Program-made: the position numbers and the translations under genes
Notes under the pieces: model-generated
The model's database searches: none
What the model was told of the DNA's origin: nothing
What the model saw: only the letters and a program-made list of their open reading frames with translations
Origin: a virus
Taxonomy: Duplodnaviria > Heunggongvirae > Uroviricota > Caudoviricetes
Strand: one strand, 5' to 3'
Length of the DNA: 21,539 nt
Virus record (IMG/VR): IMGVR_UViG_2565956714_000006
Location: 1 to 21,539 of that record
Shown here: piece after piece, positions 19,744 through 21,539 of the stretch
Numbering within the stretch: the stretch's first letter is position 1
Layout of the letters: every line of letters begins with the position of its first letter

Positions 19744-19773
19744 ATTATGGCTAAATGGATAATTGCATGTCAA
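19744..19773 (-). promoter_or_regulatory. pR'-like late promoter (sigma70 -35 TTGACA, 18-bp spacer, -10 CATAAT) at the 3' end of Q
   Basis: Consensus -35 hexamer at 19768-19773 and 5/6 -10 hexamer at 19744-19749 on the minus strand, where lambdoid phages place pR'. Confidence 0.55.
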
Positions 19774-20269
19774 GGCTTTTAACAGCAACATGCTTAACTT
19801 TCTCAACACGTTTACGCATTTTGAAAGCATTTTGCATTGGCTGGTACAAAACAAATAACGACGCTTTCAGGATGTCGTCAATTTCGTTTCTACAGGTTGC
19901 CAGTGAAGGTTTTCTCCATCCCTCGCCACCACGTCCACACATCTTGCGTGGCTTTGCAGTCGCGTGATAGTAGGATGCAATTGCTCGCTTAGATGAACCA
20001 TGAGCGTAGTAGCTGAGGAGGATGCCAAAGGCTTTCTTGTCAATGCACATGACGGAATCGACGACCTGAGAAATCAACATTCCATCATCATCATTGCACA
20101 TTGGCCTTGTCATAACTCTTCCCGGCTCTACGCTCTCCATGAACTTCGCTATTACGCTGCTCATACGCTTTTCCAGACGACCTGAATAAACCCATGCGCC
20201 CCACAGTTCAAGCCAGCCATTCAGCCACTCATGATGTTCTTTGGTGAGGTTTAGTTCTCTTATGCCCAC
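19751..20269 (-). CDS. Q: Late antiterminator Q, phi82/933W type, 172 aa with probable GTG start overlapping the ninI stop
   Basis: Motifs [21 protein letters not shown] and LLSYYAHG match the conserved pattern of 933W-type Q as recalled; unlike lambda Q. GGAG lies 7 nt upstream of the GTG. Confidence 0.7.
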   Translation of the reverse strand: MGIRELNLTKEHHEWLNGWLELWGAWVYSGRLEKRMSSVIAKFMESVEPGRVMTRPMCNDDDGMLISQVVDSVMCIDKKAFGILLSYYAHGSSKRAIASYYHATAKPRKMCGRGGEGWRKPSLATCRNEIDDILKASLFVLYQPMQNAFKMRKRVEKVKHVAVKSLDMQLSI

Positions 20270-20931
20270 GCGCCTTCTCCCTGTACCTGAATCAATGTGA
20301 GATTTCCGCAGAACACTGCCCCAGTATCGATATACATCTGGTTGGCAAATTTGAGTGGTTTCACTGCTGGCGTATGACCAAAGATAAACGTGTCCGCGCC
20401 TTTAATTTCTTTAACGATCCCGTCTTGTGAGTTGCTGATTCGTTCGCGGTTCCAGATTACCTGCTGATGATCAACTGGCTTTCCAAATTCGTATTCGTCA
20501 CAAGGATAATCGGCGTGGCAGATGACATATTTTTTACCTTTGCTCACCAGTTCGATGATTAACGGAAGTTCTTCTGCTTTATGGGCAAGAGCTTTAGCCA
20601 GAATTTCTTTGTCGTAATCGAGATTAAAGAACCAGCCACCGCCATTAAGCAGCCAGTGATTAACGTTTCCACGCTCTGATAAGCCATCAATCATCATTTG
20701 CTCATGGTTTCCACGTACAGCTCTGAACCAGGGGAATGTGATTAATTCCAGGCATTCAACGTTCTCTGCACCACGATCAACCAAATCGCCCACCGAGATA
20801 AGCAGGTCTTTTTTGTTGTCGAATCCAATCGTATCCAGTTTGTTCATCAGGTTCGTGTAGCATCCGTGCTGATCGCCAACTACCCAAATATTTCGGTATT
20901 TGCTGCCATCAATTCTTTCGTAGATATTCAT
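20260..20931 (-). CDS. ninI: NinI Ser/Thr protein phosphatase (lambda PPase), 223 aa
   Basis: Near-identical to lambda phosphatase as recalled ([26 protein letters not shown]...GNHE). Confidence 0.95.
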   Translation of the reverse strand: MNIYERIDGSKYRNIWVVGDQHGCYTNLMNKLDTIGFDNKKDLLISVGDLVDRGAENVECLELITFPWFRAVRGNHEQMMIDGLSERGNVNHWLLNGGGWFFNLDYDKEILAKALAHKAEELPLIIELVSKGKKYVICHADYPCDEYEFGKPVDHQQVIWNRERISNSQDGIVKEIKGADTFIFGHTPAVKPLKFANQMYIDTGAVFCGNLTLIQVQGEGAWA

Positions 20932-21539
20932 GCAGCCTCACTTCTGCTGTTTCGCAGTTTTTTAAGTTTCTGTTGATACTCCGCCTTGATGGTCCTGCAC
21001 TCTTCGACAGTCCAGCGATGGCGGTTATGGTTTGATTCGATTTCGTCTACTGCTTCCTGCCCGATGCGGTTAATCAGTTCGACGCGATACGGAACGAGAT
21101 TTCCGCTTTTGTGCTGGTTGCACACCACGCATTGCTTGTGAATATTGCGTTCATCAAATCGGAGTTGAGGCGCCGCAGCAGTTGTCCGGTAATGCCCGGC
21201 ATCCCACTGAGCAGACGTGAGCGTTCCGCACGAGATACATGGTAAGTCGCGGTCTCTTTCTCTGATGAAGGCGTTTACGGCTTGTTGGGCTTGTTTAATC
21301 CAGTAACTGCGGGGCTTTAAGGCGAGTTTTCGAATCTTAAGTTTATCTTTCTGTTTCTGCTCCTCTCGTCGTCGTTTCTTCTCTGCTGCCTTTTCCGCTT
21401 TTTCGCGTTCTTTGCTTCGTCGTTCGAGTGCTATCTTGGTTCCACACTCTGGAGAGCACCACCACTGATTGGCGAATGCAGGGTGAAACCATTCCCGACA
21501 TTCATCGTTTTTACATCGTCTTCGCGCTGGTTTAGCCAT
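20928..21539 (-). CDS. ninG: NinG (Rap) recombination/Holliday-junction endonuclease, 203 aa; window ends at its start codon
   Basis: Near-identical to lambda NinG as recalled ([33 protein letters not shown]...). Confidence 0.95.
   Translation of the reverse strand: MAKPARRRCKNDECREWFHPAFANQWWCSPECGTKIALERRSKEREKAEKAAEKKRRREEQKQKDKLKIRKLALKPRSYWIKQAQQAVNAFIRERDRDLPCISCGTLTSAQWDAGHYRTTAAAPQLRFDERNIHKQCVVCNQHKSGNLVPYRVELINRIGQEAVDEIESNHNRHRWTVEECRTIKAEYQQKLKKLRNSRSEAA

Noticed and set aside
19290-19750. Shiga toxin or other cargo genes in the Q-to-S interval
   Set aside because: The interval is fully accounted for by the promoter, terminator, two tRNAs and a hairpin; no ORF of 60 aa or more on the transcribed strand.

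Overview
This 21.5-kb window is the late half of a mosaic lambdoid prophage of an E. coli/Shigella-type enterobacterium, transcribed almost entirely on the minus strand. Reading right to left: ninG, ninI, a 933W/phi82-type Q antiterminator, a pR'-like promoter and leader terminator, two tandem tRNA genes, a lambda-type lysis cassette (S, R, Rz/Rz1), a small accessory cluster (Rha-like, 118-aa, 80-aa and a 23-aa ORF), then a complete P22/Sf6-type podovirus morphogenesis operon (terS, terL, portal, scaffold, coat, gp4, gp10, gp26 needle, gp14, ejection proteins gp7/gp20/gp16). At the left edge a P4-type tyrosine integrase on the plus strand converges on this operon. The interval between them, where P22/Sf6-like phages carry the tailspike and lysogenic-conversion genes, holds only an IS5 element with non-matching flanks and a short AT-rich remnant, so the prophage appears to lack a tailspike. 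I found no CRISPR array, toxin gene or clear novel multi-gene defence system; the most interesting unexplained items are small uncharacterised ORFs and regulatory structures. All homology calls rest on recalled protein sequences and reading by eye, not on searches.
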